DNA of 64,000 nucleotides from Myxococcota bacterium (GTDB lineage Bacteria > Myxococcota_A > UBA9160 > UBA4427): contig OZ252299.1 of the NCBI GenBank assembly GCA_965250285.1, forward strand, positions 3,680,001 to 3,744,000. Direction: 5' to 3'. Each line of letters begins with the position of its first letter. Within the stretch, counting starts at the first letter, position 1. The position numbers were made by a program, and so were the translations under genes. Positions 37,049 to 47,525 of this stretch are shown here, in pieces. The notes below the pieces were generated by a model. It saw only the letters and a program-made list of their open reading frames with translations, searched no databases and was not told the DNA's origin.

Positions 37049-39258
37049 CGACGAAGCCCGACTCGAACGAGCGCACCGGCTACTCGATCTGCTCGATCTG
37101 CGACATCGGCTGTCAGTTCCGCACCACCGCCGTCGACGGCCGGGTCGAACGCATTCGCGCGCATGACTCCCCCGCCCTCGCCAAGAACATCTGTTACAAG
37201 GGCACGGCCGCACCGCACATCCACAACCACGCCGAGCGGCTGCGCGTGCCGCTCAAGCGCGTGGGTGCCCGCGGTGAGGACCGCTGGGAAGAGATCTCGT
37301 ACGAGCAGGCCATGAACGAGATCGCCGAGCGCCTGCACGGTGTGATCGACACATACGGCCCGGAAGCCTTCGCGGTGTCGACGTCGGGCTGGAACACCCA
37401 GGTGACCAACGGGCTCGACCGGCGGTTCATGAATCTGCTGGGCGCGCCGAACTGGATCTCGGGCGTCTCGCTCTGTGCGGGCAACACGGCCGCGGTGAAC
37501 CGACTCACGTACGGCTGGATGCCCTTCCCCGACATCGGCAACGCGAACTGTATCGTGCTGCTGGGCCACAACCCGCGCAAGCACTCGTGGACCCCGATCT
37601 ACAACCAGATCGAGAGCGCGCGCAAGCGCGGCGCGACGACGATCGTGGTCGACCCCCGCATCTCCGAGCAGGCCGAGCGCGCGACGCTCCACCTGCAAAT
37701 TCGTGCGGGCACCGATGCGGCGCTGCTGCTCGGCTGGACCAAGGTCATCATCGACGAGGGGCTCTACGACAAGGATTTCGTCCGCGACTTCTGCGTCGGC
37801 TTCCAGGCGCTCTGCGATCGCGTCGACGAGTATCCGCTCGACCGCGTCGCCGAGATCACCGGCGTCGATGCCGAGTCGATCGCCGAAGCGGCGCGCATGT
37901 ACGCCAACGCCGATGGGGCCGTCATCCCCTGGACGCCCATCACCGATCAGCAGCTCGACTCGACCTCGGGCATCCGGCTGCAGTCGATTCTGCGCGCGAT
38001 CACCGGCAATCTCGACGTCGTCGGCGGAGAGAGCCTCGGCGGGATCAACCCCGACTTCCGCACCGAGGCCGAGCTTCATCTGCACGACGTCATCTCGCCC
38101 GAGCAGCGCGCGAAGCAGCTCGGCTACGAGAAGCACCCCGTCTACACCTACCGAACGGCCGAGATCCTGAAGCCGCACATGGAGCGGGTGTGGGGCGCAC
38201 CGTGGGTCGACCAGGTGATGGGCTGCCACATGGCGAACCCCACCGAAGTCTTCCGCGCGATGGCCGACGGCGACCCGTATCCGGTCAAGGCCTTCTTCGT
38301 GCTCGGCAACAACGCCCTGCTCTCGTACCCGAATCAGCACCAGATCCACCGCGGGATGCTGAATCAGGATCTCATCGTCGCACACGAGATCTTCATGACG
38401 CCGACCGCCATGCTGGCCGACTACGTCCTGCCGGGCGACGTCTTCAGCGAACGCAATCACATCGCCGACAGCTGGGCCTGGACCTCGCGCCTCGCGCTGA
38501 ACGAGCAGATCGCCGAACCGCCCGAGCAGGCGAGCTCGACGTTCCGCTTCTGGACCGACCTCGCTCACCGGATGAACCTGGGCGAGCACTTTCCGTGGCG
38601 GTCGGTCGAAGAGCTGCTCGACTACCGGCTCGAGCCTTCCGGCCAGACGTTCGAGGTGTTCCGCAAGTCGAAGCTGATGGACATGCCGATTCCGCAGTTT
38701 CGCAAGTACCGAAAGACCGGCTTCGCCACGCCGTCGGGCAAGGTCGAGCTCGCGTCGTCGATCCTCGCCGATCTCGGCTTCGACCCTCTGCCCTATCACC
38801 GACCCGCGCCCGAGCCGAGCGCGGACTATCCCTACCTGGTCTTCTCGGGTGTGCGTGAAGATCCGTTCTTCCAGACTGGACAACGCAACATCGGCGTCCT
38901 GCGGCGGCGTTCGCCGGCGCCACAGTTCTTCGTGCACCCCGTCGACGCCGCTCGCGATGGCCTCGAAGAAGGCGGCTGGGCGCGACTCGAGACCGAGCAT
39001 GGCCACGTGTACGCGAAGATCAGCGTGCAGGACGGCATGCGACCGGGGCACGTCCGCGTGCCGCACGGGTGGTGGTACCCCGAGACGCGGGGCAGCGTCG
39101 ATCTCGCGGGCGCGTTCGTCTCGTCCGATGCGGTGCTGACGACCGACACCGACGAACTCCTCGACCGCGAGCAGGGGATTCCGCACTTCAAGGGCTACCC
39201 GGGTCGGCTCGTCGCGTGTGATCCGCCGGCGGGCATGTCGGCGACGACGCTGGGGTGA
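37045..39258 (+). CDS. DMSO-reductase-family molybdopterin/tungstopterin enzyme, acetylene hydratase-like
   Basis: [4Fe-4S] motif CSICDIGC...CYKG; RRFMNLLG.PNW, SLCAGNT, IPW, MANPT, ADYVLPGD, G.RED, PHGWW; no Tat signal and no partner subunits. Confidence 0.85.
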   Translation: MTTKPDSNERTGYSICSICDIGCQFRTTAVDGRVERIRAHDSPALAKNICYKGTAAPHIHNHAERLRVPLKRVGARGEDRWEEISYEQAMNEIAERLHGVIDTYGPEAFAVSTSGWNTQVTNGLDRRFMNLLGAPNWISGVSLCAGNTAAVNRLTYGWMPFPDIGNANCIVLLGHNPRKHSWTPIYNQIESARKRGATTIVVDPRISEQAERATLHLQIRAGTDAALLLGWTKVIIDEGLYDKDFVRDFCVGFQALCDRVDEYPLDRVAEITGVDAESIAEAARMYANADGAVIPWTPITDQQLDSTSGIRLQSILRAITGNLDVVGGESLGGINPDFRTEAELHLHDVISPEQRAKQLGYEKHPVYTYRTAEILKPHMERVWGAPWVDQVMGCHMANPTEVFRAMADGDPYPVKAFFVLGNNALLSYPNQHQIHRGMLNQDLIVAHEIFMTPTAMLADYVLPGDVFSERNHIADSWAWTSRLALNEQIAEPPEQASSTFRFWTDLAHRMNLGEHFPWRSVEELLDYRLEPSGQTFEVFRKSKLMDMPIPQFRKYRKTGFATPSGKVELASSILADLGFDPLPYHRPAPEPSADYPYLVFSGVREDPFFQTGQRNIGVLRRRSPAPQFFVHPVDAARDGLEEGGWARLETEHGHVYAKISVQDGMRPGHVRVPHGWWYPETRGSVDLAGAFVSSDAVLTTDTDELLDREQGIPHFKGYPGRLVACDPPAGMSATTLG

Positions 39259-39262
39259 TGCG

Positions 39263-39466
39263 ATGACGACGCGAAACGAACGCGATCAATGGCTGCGAGA
39301 GCTCAAGGAGTCGCTGATGACCCGCGTCGCGAAGCGCGCGCTCTCGACGCGCACGACCGGTCTCGACGGCATGGCCAAGTCGTTGCTGGCGCGCAGCGCG
39401 AGCAGCGGTGGCGAGCCCGACCCCGAGCTCGAGCATCCCGACGACTGGGACCGACCGATCGACTGA
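39263..39466 (+). CDS. Small hypothetical protein (67 aa)
   Basis: ATG 4 nt after the upstream stop; helical N-half and acidic tail. Confidence 0.4.
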   Translation: MTTRNERDQWLRELKESLMTRVAKRALSTRTTGLDGMAKSLLARSASSGGEPDPELEHPDDWDRPID

Positions 39467-39631
39467 CGTCGAGTGCGCCGCCGCTGCGCCGTTCTTCGGG
39501 CGCGTCCCGGTCGAGTCGATGCGCCGAGCGCGACCGGGCCACTCCGCCTCGGTGTGCCGACTCGATCTCACCTGTTCGCATCGCCGATGCCCGTTTCGCG
39601 TCGCGACGCGAGCTGCGCGAAGCTCGCAGCG

Positions 39632-40624
39632 ATGCCCCGCCTGCTCCTCCGACTGTTGATCGTGTCCTGGTCCCTGTTGGGGGGGACGACTGCGCAGGCT
39701 CAGATCGTGGCCGTCGGTGATCCGATCTCGGCTTTCACGCTCGACGACATCTCCGAATCACTGATCTCCCTTGGCAGCTTCAACGTCTCACCCGGAGTTG
39801 CTGGAGCGCGCGTCAAAGGCGACTCGGGCAGCGACCTTACTCCGTTCGACATCGCGCGAGGCTCGATCGAGATCCCGATGTGGTTCTCGACGCCGATCGA
39901 CTGGCTCAGCGTGTTCGCCGAGGTGGGCTACGGCTCGGTGCGGCTCGAAACTCGGTTCGGCTTCGAGAACACGTCGGGCGAGCAGGTCGACGTTCACTCC
40001 GAGATTCGGGTGCGCACAGGTCGGATCGGTCTGGGCGTCGACTTTCTCGTGGCGCCCGACCTGCACATCACCCCGTTCTTCCTGGCCGCGATCACCGGGA
40101 TCAGCTCTGATCCGACGCTCTCGACGGGACCGGTCGATCCGGCGGTACTCAGTGATTCTGAAGTGCTGCTCTTCACCGACTGGACCGTCAATGCCTGGAC
40201 CGTCGCGGGCTTGCTCGACGTGCAGTACCTGCCGTGGATCGTGAAGGACAAGCACCGACTCGACTTCACGGCGCGCTACGCATCGCTCTGGTCGAAATCG
40301 TTCAATGAATCGGTCGACGGCGGCTCGGTCTCGGCCCTGCGTCACACGCTCTCGGCCGAGATCCTCTGGCACGTCATCCTGCGTTGGAAGCTGCTCGGGA
40401 GAAATCTGTCGCCGAATCTGTTCACCAACGCGACGACCTTTCCCGGTCAGGATCGCGACGACCTGGGGTTCAATGCGTACTTCGGGGTGGGCGCCGGGAT
40501 CGACCTGTACTCGCCCAAGCCGCTCTTCGGCCTCGTGCGGCGGGACTTCATCGGGGTGCGCGGCGCGGCCGTGCTCGGCAATGGTGTTCGCGGGTGGTCC
40601 GTGGTCGCGTCGATTCGACGCTGA
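39632..40624 (+). CDS. Probable outer-membrane beta-barrel protein (solitary autotransporter-barrel-like)
   Basis: Signal peptide ending AQA; alternating amphipathic beta-strand pattern; C-terminal GNGVRGWSV. Confidence 0.55.
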   Translation: MPRLLLRLLIVSWSLLGGTTAQAQIVAVGDPISAFTLDDISESLISLGSFNVSPGVAGARVKGDSGSDLTPFDIARGSIEIPMWFSTPIDWLSVFAEVGYGSVRLETRFGFENTSGEQVDVHSEIRVRTGRIGLGVDFLVAPDLHITPFFLAAITGISSDPTLSTGPVDPAVLSDSEVLLFTDWTVNAWTVAGLLDVQYLPWIVKDKHRLDFTARYASLWSKSFNESVDGGSVSALRHTLSAEILWHVILRWKLLGRNLSPNLFTNATTFPGQDRDDLGFNAYFGVGAGIDLYSPKPLFGLVRRDFIGVRGAAVLGNGVRGWSVVASIRR

Positions 40625-40636
40625 CTGGCGGCACGC

Positions 40637-41572
40637 TCAGACGCCCAGCCCGCGCGCCAACGCGGCGACATGGTCGGCCGCGAATCGTTTGCCCATCGCC
40701 GTCCCCGGCAGCAGCTGGAAGCCGTGGCACGCGTCGGGGTAGACGTGCAGCTCGACCGATACGCCTGCGCCGAGTAGCCGCTTCGCGTAGTCGATGTTCT
40801 CGTCGCGAAAGAGATCGAGGGCCGCGGTGAACATCCAGGTGTGCGGCAGCCCGCGGCAATCCTCGACTCGGGCCGGCACCTGCGGCGCCTCGGCCGGGGC
40901 GTCGCCGAGGTAGCTCTGCCAGCCGAAGCGATTCTGCGCGCGGGTCCAGACGAACTCACCCACCAGCGGGTCGCCCGGCTGCGCCTCGGTGCCGGTGCGA
41001 TCGTCGAGCATCGGATACGTCAGCTGCTGATGGCAGACGGCGTACTCGCCGGCGTCGCGGGCCTTGATCGCGAGGGCTGCCGCGAGGCCTCCGCCTGCGC
41101 TCTCGCCGCCAATGGCGATGCGTTCGCGGTCGATGCGCAGCGCGGCCGCGTTCTCGTGCAGGTACGCGAGCCCCGCATAGCAGTCGTCGAGGGGTGCGGG
41201 GATGGGGTGCTCGGGCGCGAGCCGGTAGTCGACCGAGAGGATGACGACGCCGAGTCGCTTGCAGAGGGCGAGGTTGGTGATGTCCGAGCCTTCGGGCGAG
41301 CCGGTGATGTAGCCGCCGCCGTGGATGTGCACGTAGCCAGGGTGCGCATCGGCGGGCGTCTTCGGCGTATAGAGCAGGCAGCGGACGTCGCCGTCGACGC
41401 CCGGGATCCGGATCTCCTCACGCACGACGCCGGCGCGATCGGGATCACCCATCACGACGCGCTCGGCCCCGACCGAGCGGATCAGCGCGAGGTTGTCGTT
41501 GCTGATCTCGACGGCCGGCATGAGGTCGAGGAGCGGATGGAGCTCTTCGGCGAGCAGCGACTGGGTCGACAT
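40637..41572 (-). CDS. Alpha/beta hydrolase, HSL-family esterase/lipase
   Basis: HGGGY, VDYRLAPEHP, GESAGG, DLFRDE, HGF. Confidence 0.9.
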   Translation of the reverse strand: MSTQSLLAEELHPLLDLMPAVEISNDNLALIRSVGAERVVMGDPDRAGVVREEIRIPGVDGDVRCLLYTPKTPADAHPGYVHIHGGGYITGSPEGSDITNLALCKRLGVVILSVDYRLAPEHPIPAPLDDCYAGLAYLHENAAALRIDRERIAIGGESAGGGLAAALAIKARDAGEYAVCHQQLTYPMLDDRTGTEAQPGDPLVGEFVWTRAQNRFGWQSYLGDAPAEAPQVPARVEDCRGLPHTWMFTAALDLFRDENIDYAKRLLGAGVSVELHVYPDACHGFQLLPGTAMGKRFAADHVAALARGLGV

Positions 41573-41674
41573 GACACTCCACGTGTGCGCGACGACCGCG
41601 CGAGCGACGGGCGAAGGCGCGCGTCGGGCGTTGCGGTTGCGCGCTGCTTCGGTAGGCCCGAGTCGGCGCCGCGG

Positions 41675-42301
41675 CTACAGCCCGTGCTGCAGCTCCCGCA
41701 GAGCATCTCGCGTCGCGGCCTGGAGGTCGACCCCGGTCGGGTCGGCGAGCCACACCTCCATGGCCGCGTTGCTCGCCGCGTTGAGCGCATGCGTCTGCGT
41801 GCGCACGCGCAGACTGCCCACCGGCTCACCCAGCCGGCGGGCCACATCGGCTGCGATGCGGCTCAGGAACTGCTCGCCCATGGCGATGCCGCGCGGCGCG
41901 AGCTCGGGCGTCGACGCGAGCAGGGCGATGTCGGCCGCCTCGTCGGCGCTGGGCTTGATCTGCGCGACATCGGGGCTCATCGAAACGGCGATACAGGCCT
42001 CGATCGGCGATTCGTGTGCGGGGCGGGCGCAGACCGCCTCGACGATCGCCTGGGCGCGGCGGCGCATGCCCTCGAGCGCAACGCCCTCCTTGCTCTCGAA
42101 GTAGCGAAAGAAGGTGCTCTCCGAGACGTCGGCCGCCTCGGCGATCTCGGCGATGCGGGTCGCGCGAAAGCCCTGCTGCGAAAACAGATCGAGCGCCGCC
42201 CGGTGGAGACGCGCGCGGGTCTGCTGCTTCTTTCGCTCGCGCAGACCGAGCGACACGACCGGGGACGAATCCCGTTCGAGGGAGGTGGCTTCGGGCGTCA
42301 T
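41675..42301 (-). CDS. TetR/AcrR family transcriptional regulator
   Basis: GLRERKKQQTR, IAEAADVSESTFFRYFESKE. Confidence 0.9.
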   Translation of the reverse strand: MTPEATSLERDSSPVVSLGLRERKKQQTRARLHRAALDLFSQQGFRATRIAEIAEAADVSESTFFRYFESKEGVALEGMRRRAQAIVEAVCARPAHESPIEACIAVSMSPDVAQIKPSADEAADIALLASTPELAPRGIAMGEQFLSRIAADVARRLGEPVGSLRVRTQTHALNAASNAAMEVWLADPTGVDLQAATRDALRELQHGL

Positions 42302-42468
42302 GGCGAAGACCCTACCGCATCGGTCATCAAAGTGGAAGCTCTCTCAATTGACAGTATTTGCAATTTTTGCGAGTGTGAGGGCATGGGCGGGCCGCCCAGC
42401 TCACCGTGCCCGGCGTCCGGCCGGCGGCTCCACCCGATCGCCCCAAACCCAGCCGAGGAGTTTTCGAG

Positions 42469-44211
42469 ATGCTCGATACCGTGATTCAGGGCGCCACCAT
42501 CGTCGACGGCACTGGCGAAGCGCCGCGCAGCGGCGACGTCGGCGTGCGCGCAGGCCGCATCGTCGAAGTCGGCGCCGTGACGGAAGCGGCGAAAGAGACC
42601 ATCGACGCACAGGGCGCTCTGCTCGTGCCCGGCTGGGTCGACGTCCACACCCACTACGACGGTCAGGTCACCTGGGACGACACACTCGACCCGTCGGCCT
42701 CGCATGGCGTGACGACCGTGGTGACCGGCAACTGCGGCGTCGGCTTCGCACCGGTGCCGCCCGGCGGCTACCAGGATCTCATCGAGTTGATGGAGGGCGT
42801 CGAAGACATCCCCGGAACCGCCCTCTACGAGGGCATGCCCTGGGGCGAGTGGGAGACCTTCCCCCAGTACCTCGCGCTGCTCGACCGTCGCGCCTTTGCG
42901 CTCGACGTCGGTACGCAGCTCTCTCACGGCGCGCTGCGCAACTACGTGATGGGGGAGCGCGGGCGCGCGAACGAAGCGCCGACCGACGACGACCTGACCC
43001 GCATGCGCGATCTGGTGGAAGAGGCGATGCGCGCGGGCGCCGTCGGCTTCTCGAGCTCGCGGCTGCTCGCGCACCGATCGATGAGCGGCGAAGTCGTGCC
43101 GGGCACCCACGCCGACGAGGCCGAGCTCGTCGCGCTGGCCGAGGGCATGCAGCGCGCGGGATCGGGCGTCTTCGAGATCATCCCGATGATCGAGGAGATG
43201 GGAGGCGAAGAGGTCTGCACCCGCGAGCTCGACCTGATCCGTCGGATCGGCGAGGCCTCTGGGCGGCCCGTGACGTTCACGACGGCGCAGCCGCCGCCGC
43301 TGCCCAACGTGTGGAAGACGGTCCTCGACTACAGCGCCGAGCAGAACGCGGCCGGCGCGCAGCTGCGGCCCCAGGTGGCCTCGCGACCCGTCAGCGTGGT
43401 CACGAGCTTGCAGACCTATCACATGTTCATGCGGCGCAAGACGTATCTGTCGCTCGAGCATCTGCCGATCGAGAAGCGCATCGCCGAGATGCGCAAGCCC
43501 GAGGTCAAGGCCGCGATCCTCGGCGACGTCGACGTACCGCCCGAGAACCCGGGCTCGATGGCGAATGCGTACATGCTCTTCAAGCTGACTGCGCCGATGA
43601 TGTTCCCGATCACGGCCCCGATGGACTACGAGCCCGACCCCGACGACCGGCTCGGGGTGCGCGCCGAGCGCGAGGGCCGGTCGATCGACGACCTGATGTA
43701 CGACTACCTGCTGGAGAATGACGGCAACAGCTTCGCCGTGATGTTCCTCGCGAACTACGCCGAGGGGAACATGGACGTGATCCACACCATGCTGACCGAC
43801 CCGCACACGATCTCGGGGCTGTCGGATGCCGGGGCCCACGTCAATCTGATCTTCGACGCCGTGGCGCCGACCTACCAGCTCATCCACTGGGCGCGCGATC
43901 GCAAGCGCGGGCCCAAGCTCCCGGTCGAGTTCGTCGTGCACAAGCAGACGGGCAACAACGCCGAGCTCTACGGCTTCAGCGATCGCGGCACGATCGAAGT
44001 GGGCAAGCGTGCCGATCTGAATCTGATCGACTTCGACAACCTCGGCCTCGGCGAGCTCGCGGTGCACCACGATCTTCCGGCGGGCGGCAGCCGCATCCTG
44101 CAGCCCGCAACCGGATACCTCGGCACGTGGGTCAACGGGGTGCGCACGCGGGATCACGACACCGACACCGGCGCGCGCCCCGGCCGCGTCGTGCGCCCGG
44201 GCCAGGCCTAG
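42469..44211 (+). CDS. N-acyl-D-amino-acid deacylase family amidohydrolase (paralog 1)
   Basis: [41 protein letters not shown]. Confidence 0.9.
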   Translation: MLDTVIQGATIVDGTGEAPRSGDVGVRAGRIVEVGAVTEAAKETIDAQGALLVPGWVDVHTHYDGQVTWDDTLDPSASHGVTTVVTGNCGVGFAPVPPGGYQDLIELMEGVEDIPGTALYEGMPWGEWETFPQYLALLDRRAFALDVGTQLSHGALRNYVMGERGRANEAPTDDDLTRMRDLVEEAMRAGAVGFSSSRLLAHRSMSGEVVPGTHADEAELVALAEGMQRAGSGVFEIIPMIEEMGGEEVCTRELDLIRRIGEASGRPVTFTTAQPPPLPNVWKTVLDYSAEQNAAGAQLRPQVASRPVSVVTSLQTYHMFMRRKTYLSLEHLPIEKRIAEMRKPEVKAAILGDVDVPPENPGSMANAYMLFKLTAPMMFPITAPMDYEPDPDDRLGVRAEREGRSIDDLMYDYLLENDGNSFAVMFLANYAEGNMDVIHTMLTDPHTISGLSDAGAHVNLIFDAVAPTYQLIHWARDRKRGPKLPVEFVVHKQTGNNAELYGFSDRGTIEVGKRADLNLIDFDNLGLGELAVHHDLPAGGSRILQPATGYLGTWVNGVRTRDHDTDTGARPGRVVRPGQA

Positions 44212-44223
44212 GCGGAAGCTCCG

Positions 44224-44865
44224 ATGACGCGCACGCGGTGGATCTGGCTCGTCCTGGTGGGCCTCTACGCCCTCTTCTTCGGCTGGTACACGTCGTTTGG
44301 TGGCCCGCTCAGCGACGAAGAGATCGAGCACTACATGGCGATCGTTCAGGCCCGTGAGCCCGACGCCCGGCCCGCCGACCTCGAGCAGATGCGCCGCTTC
44401 ATGGAGGAAGACAGCGGCGACGACTTCGTGATGGTCAACGTGATCGACATGTATGAGACACCGCTCGCGATCGAAGGTGTCGCGCCCGGCGAGTCGAGCG
44501 ACGAGGTGCTCGCGAAGTACATGGCCTACATGAATGGCGCGCTCATCAGCCGGGCCAGTCACCCGATCTTCTTCGGCCGCGCCGCCGCACCCGCCATGGA
44601 CCTGATGAACGCCGACGGCATGGAATCCTGGACCACCGGGGCTGGGATGCGCTACCGCAGCCGCCGCGACCTGCTCGAGATCGCCATGAACCCCGAGTTC
44701 GAGGCGGCCCACAAGTTCAAGGTCGCGGCCATGCGCAAGACCATCGCCTTCCCGATCGATCCGTGGGGCCAGCTCGGCGACCCGCGCCTGGTCCTTGCGC
44801 TGCTCTTCGGCCTGATCGGATGCGCCCTCAGCTGGCGCGAGGCGGCGCGAAGGAGCCCGTCTTGA
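44224..44865 (+). CDS. Hypothetical membrane protein (two terminal TM helices)
   Basis: TM helices at both ends; D.GDDFVMVN and MRYRSRRD segments. Confidence 0.7.
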   Translation: MTRTRWIWLVLVGLYALFFGWYTSFGGPLSDEEIEHYMAIVQAREPDARPADLEQMRRFMEEDSGDDFVMVNVIDMYETPLAIEGVAPGESSDEVLAKYMAYMNGALISRASHPIFFGRAAAPAMDLMNADGMESWTTGAGMRYRSRRDLLEIAMNPEFEAAHKFKVAAMRKTIAFPIDPWGQLGDPRLVLALLFGLIGCALSWREAARRSPS

Positions 44866-45755
44866 CCGAAGAGATCCGCTCCGAGCGCATCCGGGCGAAC
44901 GGTCTCGAGTTTCACGTCAACACGTGCGGCGAGGGCGACCGACTCGCGCTCTGCCTTCACGGCTGTCCCGAGCTCGGTCTATCGTGGCGCCGACAGCTGC
45001 CGTTGCTCGCGTCGCTCGGCTACCGGGCCTGGGCGCCCGACCTGAGGGGCTACGGGCAGAGCGATCGCCCGAAGGGGATGCGCCACTACGCGATCGAGGC
45101 CCTGCTCGAGGACGTGGCCGGTCTCATCGACGCGGCCGCACCGCGCGAGACCGTGCTCATCGCCCACGACTGGGGCACGCTCATCGCCTGGCCGTTCGCG
45201 GCTCATCGCGTGCGACCGCTCGATCGCCTGGTCATCCTGAATGGCGCGCCCGCCGGCCCCCCGCAGCGACCGTCCCTCGCCGACCTCCGACGCATCGGAT
45301 ACATCCTCTTCTTCCAGCTGCCCTGGCTCCCCGAGTGGAGCCTTGCGCGCCGCAACTTCGCCGGCTTCATGAAAGCCTTCTCGGCCGCGGCCGGAAAGCC
45401 CGAACGCCTCGACCGGGACGACCTGCGACAGTTCCGCGAGGCCGCGGCGCAGCCCGGCGCCCTGACCGCGATGATCAACTACTACCGCGCGCTCATACGA
45501 GGCCGCGGCGCGCGGCGTCTGGCCGCGCGCGGCTTCCCGACGATCGAGACGCCGACGCTGATGGTCTGGGGCGCCGCCGATCCAATCCTCATCCCCGAGA
45601 CGACCGATGGCGCCGACAAGTGGGTCAAGGACCTGACCCGTCGCTTCATTCCGGGCGTCGGCCACTGGGTGCAGCAGGAGGCGCCCGACGAGGTGAACGA
45701 CATCCTCTCCGCCTGGCTGACCGACGAGTCGGTGCCCGGCAGCGAGCAGTACTAG
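44862..45755 (+). CDS. Alpha/beta hydrolase, epoxide hydrolase-like
   Basis: HGCPE, PDLRGYG, HDWG, NYYR, GHWVQQE; TTG start overlapping the upstream TGA, after AAGGAG. Confidence 0.85.
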   Translation: MTEEIRSERIRANGLEFHVNTCGEGDRLALCLHGCPELGLSWRRQLPLLASLGYRAWAPDLRGYGQSDRPKGMRHYAIEALLEDVAGLIDAAAPRETVLIAHDWGTLIAWPFAAHRVRPLDRLVILNGAPAGPPQRPSLADLRRIGYILFFQLPWLPEWSLARRNFAGFMKAFSAAAGKPERLDRDDLRQFREAAAQPGALTAMINYYRALIRGRGARRLAARGFPTIETPTLMVWGAADPILIPETTDGADKWVKDLTRRFIPGVGHWVQQEAPDEVNDILSAWLTDESVPGSEQY

Positions 45756-45779
45756 ATCGAAAGGCCGCCTCGAATCGAC

Positions 45780-47525
45780 TCAGACGCGCACGACCCGGCC
45801 GGGCCGTTCGCCGGTATCGGCGTCGTTCTCGCGGGTCTTCACGCCGGCCACGAAGGTGTTCCGATACCCCTGCGCTTCCTGCAGAATGCGCGTCCCACCG
45901 GCGGGCAGATCGCTCTCGACGTGCAGCGCGCTGAGCGAGAGTCGATCGAGATCGAACACGTTGAGGTCGGCACGCTTGCCGACTGCGACGGCCCCTCGAT
46001 CATGCATGCCAAAGAGCGCGGCATTGCGCTGCGTCTGCTTGTGCACCATCAGCTCGATCGGCATACGCGGGCCGCGGCTTCGGTCGCGGACCCAGTGCGT
46101 GAGCTGATAGGTCGGCCCGACGGCATCGAAGATCAGGTTGACGTGCGCGCCAGCGTCCGAGAGGCCGATCGTCGTGTTCGGGTGCGTCAGCATCTCTTCC
46201 ATCACTCGGAACGAGCCGTCGACGTAGTTGGCGCCGAGCAAGATCGCGAAGTCGTTGCCGTCGCCCTGGGTCAGGTAGTCGTACATGAACGACGGCACGT
46301 CCTGCCCCTTCGCGGCGGCGAGCATGGCGACGTTGCCCGAAGGCTCGGGCTCGTAGTCGATCGGCATCTCGATCGGGTACATCACCGGCGCCGCCATCCC
46401 GAGCAGCCCGTAGATGTTGGCCATCGTGCCGGGCTGATCGGGCGGCACGTCGCTGTCGGCGAGGATGGCCGCCTTCACCTCGGGCTTGCGCATCTCGGCG
46501 AGCCGCTGCTCGATCGGCAGGTCGGCGAGCTTCAGGTAAGTCTCGCGGCGCATGAACATGTGGTACGAGCGCAGGCTGGTGACGAAGCCGATGGGCCGAC
46601 TCGCGATCTGAGGGGTCACCTCGATGCCCGATGCGTTCGCCTCCTCGACCAGCTTGATGCAATTGCGCCACTGATCCGGTCGGTCGACGTTCTGCACGAG
46701 CGTGAATGTGCACGGTCGGTCGGCGGCGGCAGCGATCTCGGAGAAGAGCGCGACCTCCTGCTCGGTCGTCCAGCGCTCGGGCCCGGCCAGGTCACCGACG
46801 ACGCCGGCCGGGACCGCCTGGAACACGCCCTTGCCGGCCTGCTTCATGGCGCCGGCGATCGCGAGCAGCTCGGCCTTCTCAGCGAAGGTGCCCGGGATCT
46901 CGTCGCCCCCCACCGAGCGATGGCCGACCGTGCGACTCGTCGAGAAGCCGACGGCGCCCGCGGCCAGGCCTTCGGTCACGATGGCGCCCATTGCAGCCAG
47001 GTCTTCGGCCGTCGCATCTTCATGGGCGAGCGCGCGCTCTCCCATGACGTAGTACCGCACGGCCGAGTGCGGGATCTGGGCCGCCACGTCCATGCTGAAG
47101 GCGCGCGAACCGAGATAGTCGAGATACTCGGGGAAGGTCTCCCATCGCCCCCACTCGATGCCCTCGTGCAGCGCGGTGCCGGGGATGTCCTCGACGCCCT
47201 CCATGAGCTCGATCATCTGCCGCTCATGGCCTGGCGGGCAAGGCGCGAAACCCACGCCGCAGTTGCCCATCACGATGCTGGTGACGCCATGCGAGAACGA
47301 CGGCTCGATCGTGTCGTCCCAGCTGACCTGTCCGTCGTAGTGCGTGTGCACGTCGATCCAACCGGGCGTCAAGAAAGCCCCCTCGGCATCGATGACCTCG
47401 CGCGCCGAGCCTTCGCAGGCGCCGACCGCGGCGATGCGGTCGCCCTCGATGGCGACGTCGCCTTCGAAGGGGGCGGCTCCCGTTCCGTCGACGATGTGGG
47501 CGTTCTTGATGAGATAGTCGTGCAT
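45780..47525 (-). CDS. N-acyl-D-amino-acid deacylase family amidohydrolase (paralog 2)
   Basis: [41 protein letters not shown]. Confidence 0.9.
   Translation of the reverse strand: MHDYLIKNAHIVDGTGAAPFEGDVAIEGDRIAAVGACEGSAREVIDAEGAFLTPGWIDVHTHYDGQVSWDDTIEPSFSHGVTSIVMGNCGVGFAPCPPGHERQMIELMEGVEDIPGTALHEGIEWGRWETFPEYLDYLGSRAFSMDVAAQIPHSAVRYYVMGERALAHEDATAEDLAAMGAIVTEGLAAGAVGFSTSRTVGHRSVGGDEIPGTFAEKAELLAIAGAMKQAGKGVFQAVPAGVVGDLAGPERWTTEQEVALFSEIAAAADRPCTFTLVQNVDRPDQWRNCIKLVEEANASGIEVTPQIASRPIGFVTSLRSYHMFMRRETYLKLADLPIEQRLAEMRKPEVKAAILADSDVPPDQPGTMANIYGLLGMAAPVMYPIEMPIDYEPEPSGNVAMLAAAKGQDVPSFMYDYLTQGDGNDFAILLGANYVDGSFRVMEEMLTHPNTTIGLSDAGAHVNLIFDAVGPTYQLTHWVRDRSRGPRMPIELMVHKQTQRNAALFGMHDRGAVAVGKRADLNVFDLDRLSLSALHVESDLPAGGTRILQEAQGYRNTFVAGVKTRENDADTGERPGRVVRV

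Noticed and set aside
36652..39186. 844-aa minus-strand ORF, and similar long antisense ORFs at 42298-44712, 45921-47897, 21776-23809 and 58471-60279
   Set aside because: Each mirrors a well-supported gene on the other strand; they arise from GC-biased codon usage and scarcity of stop codons
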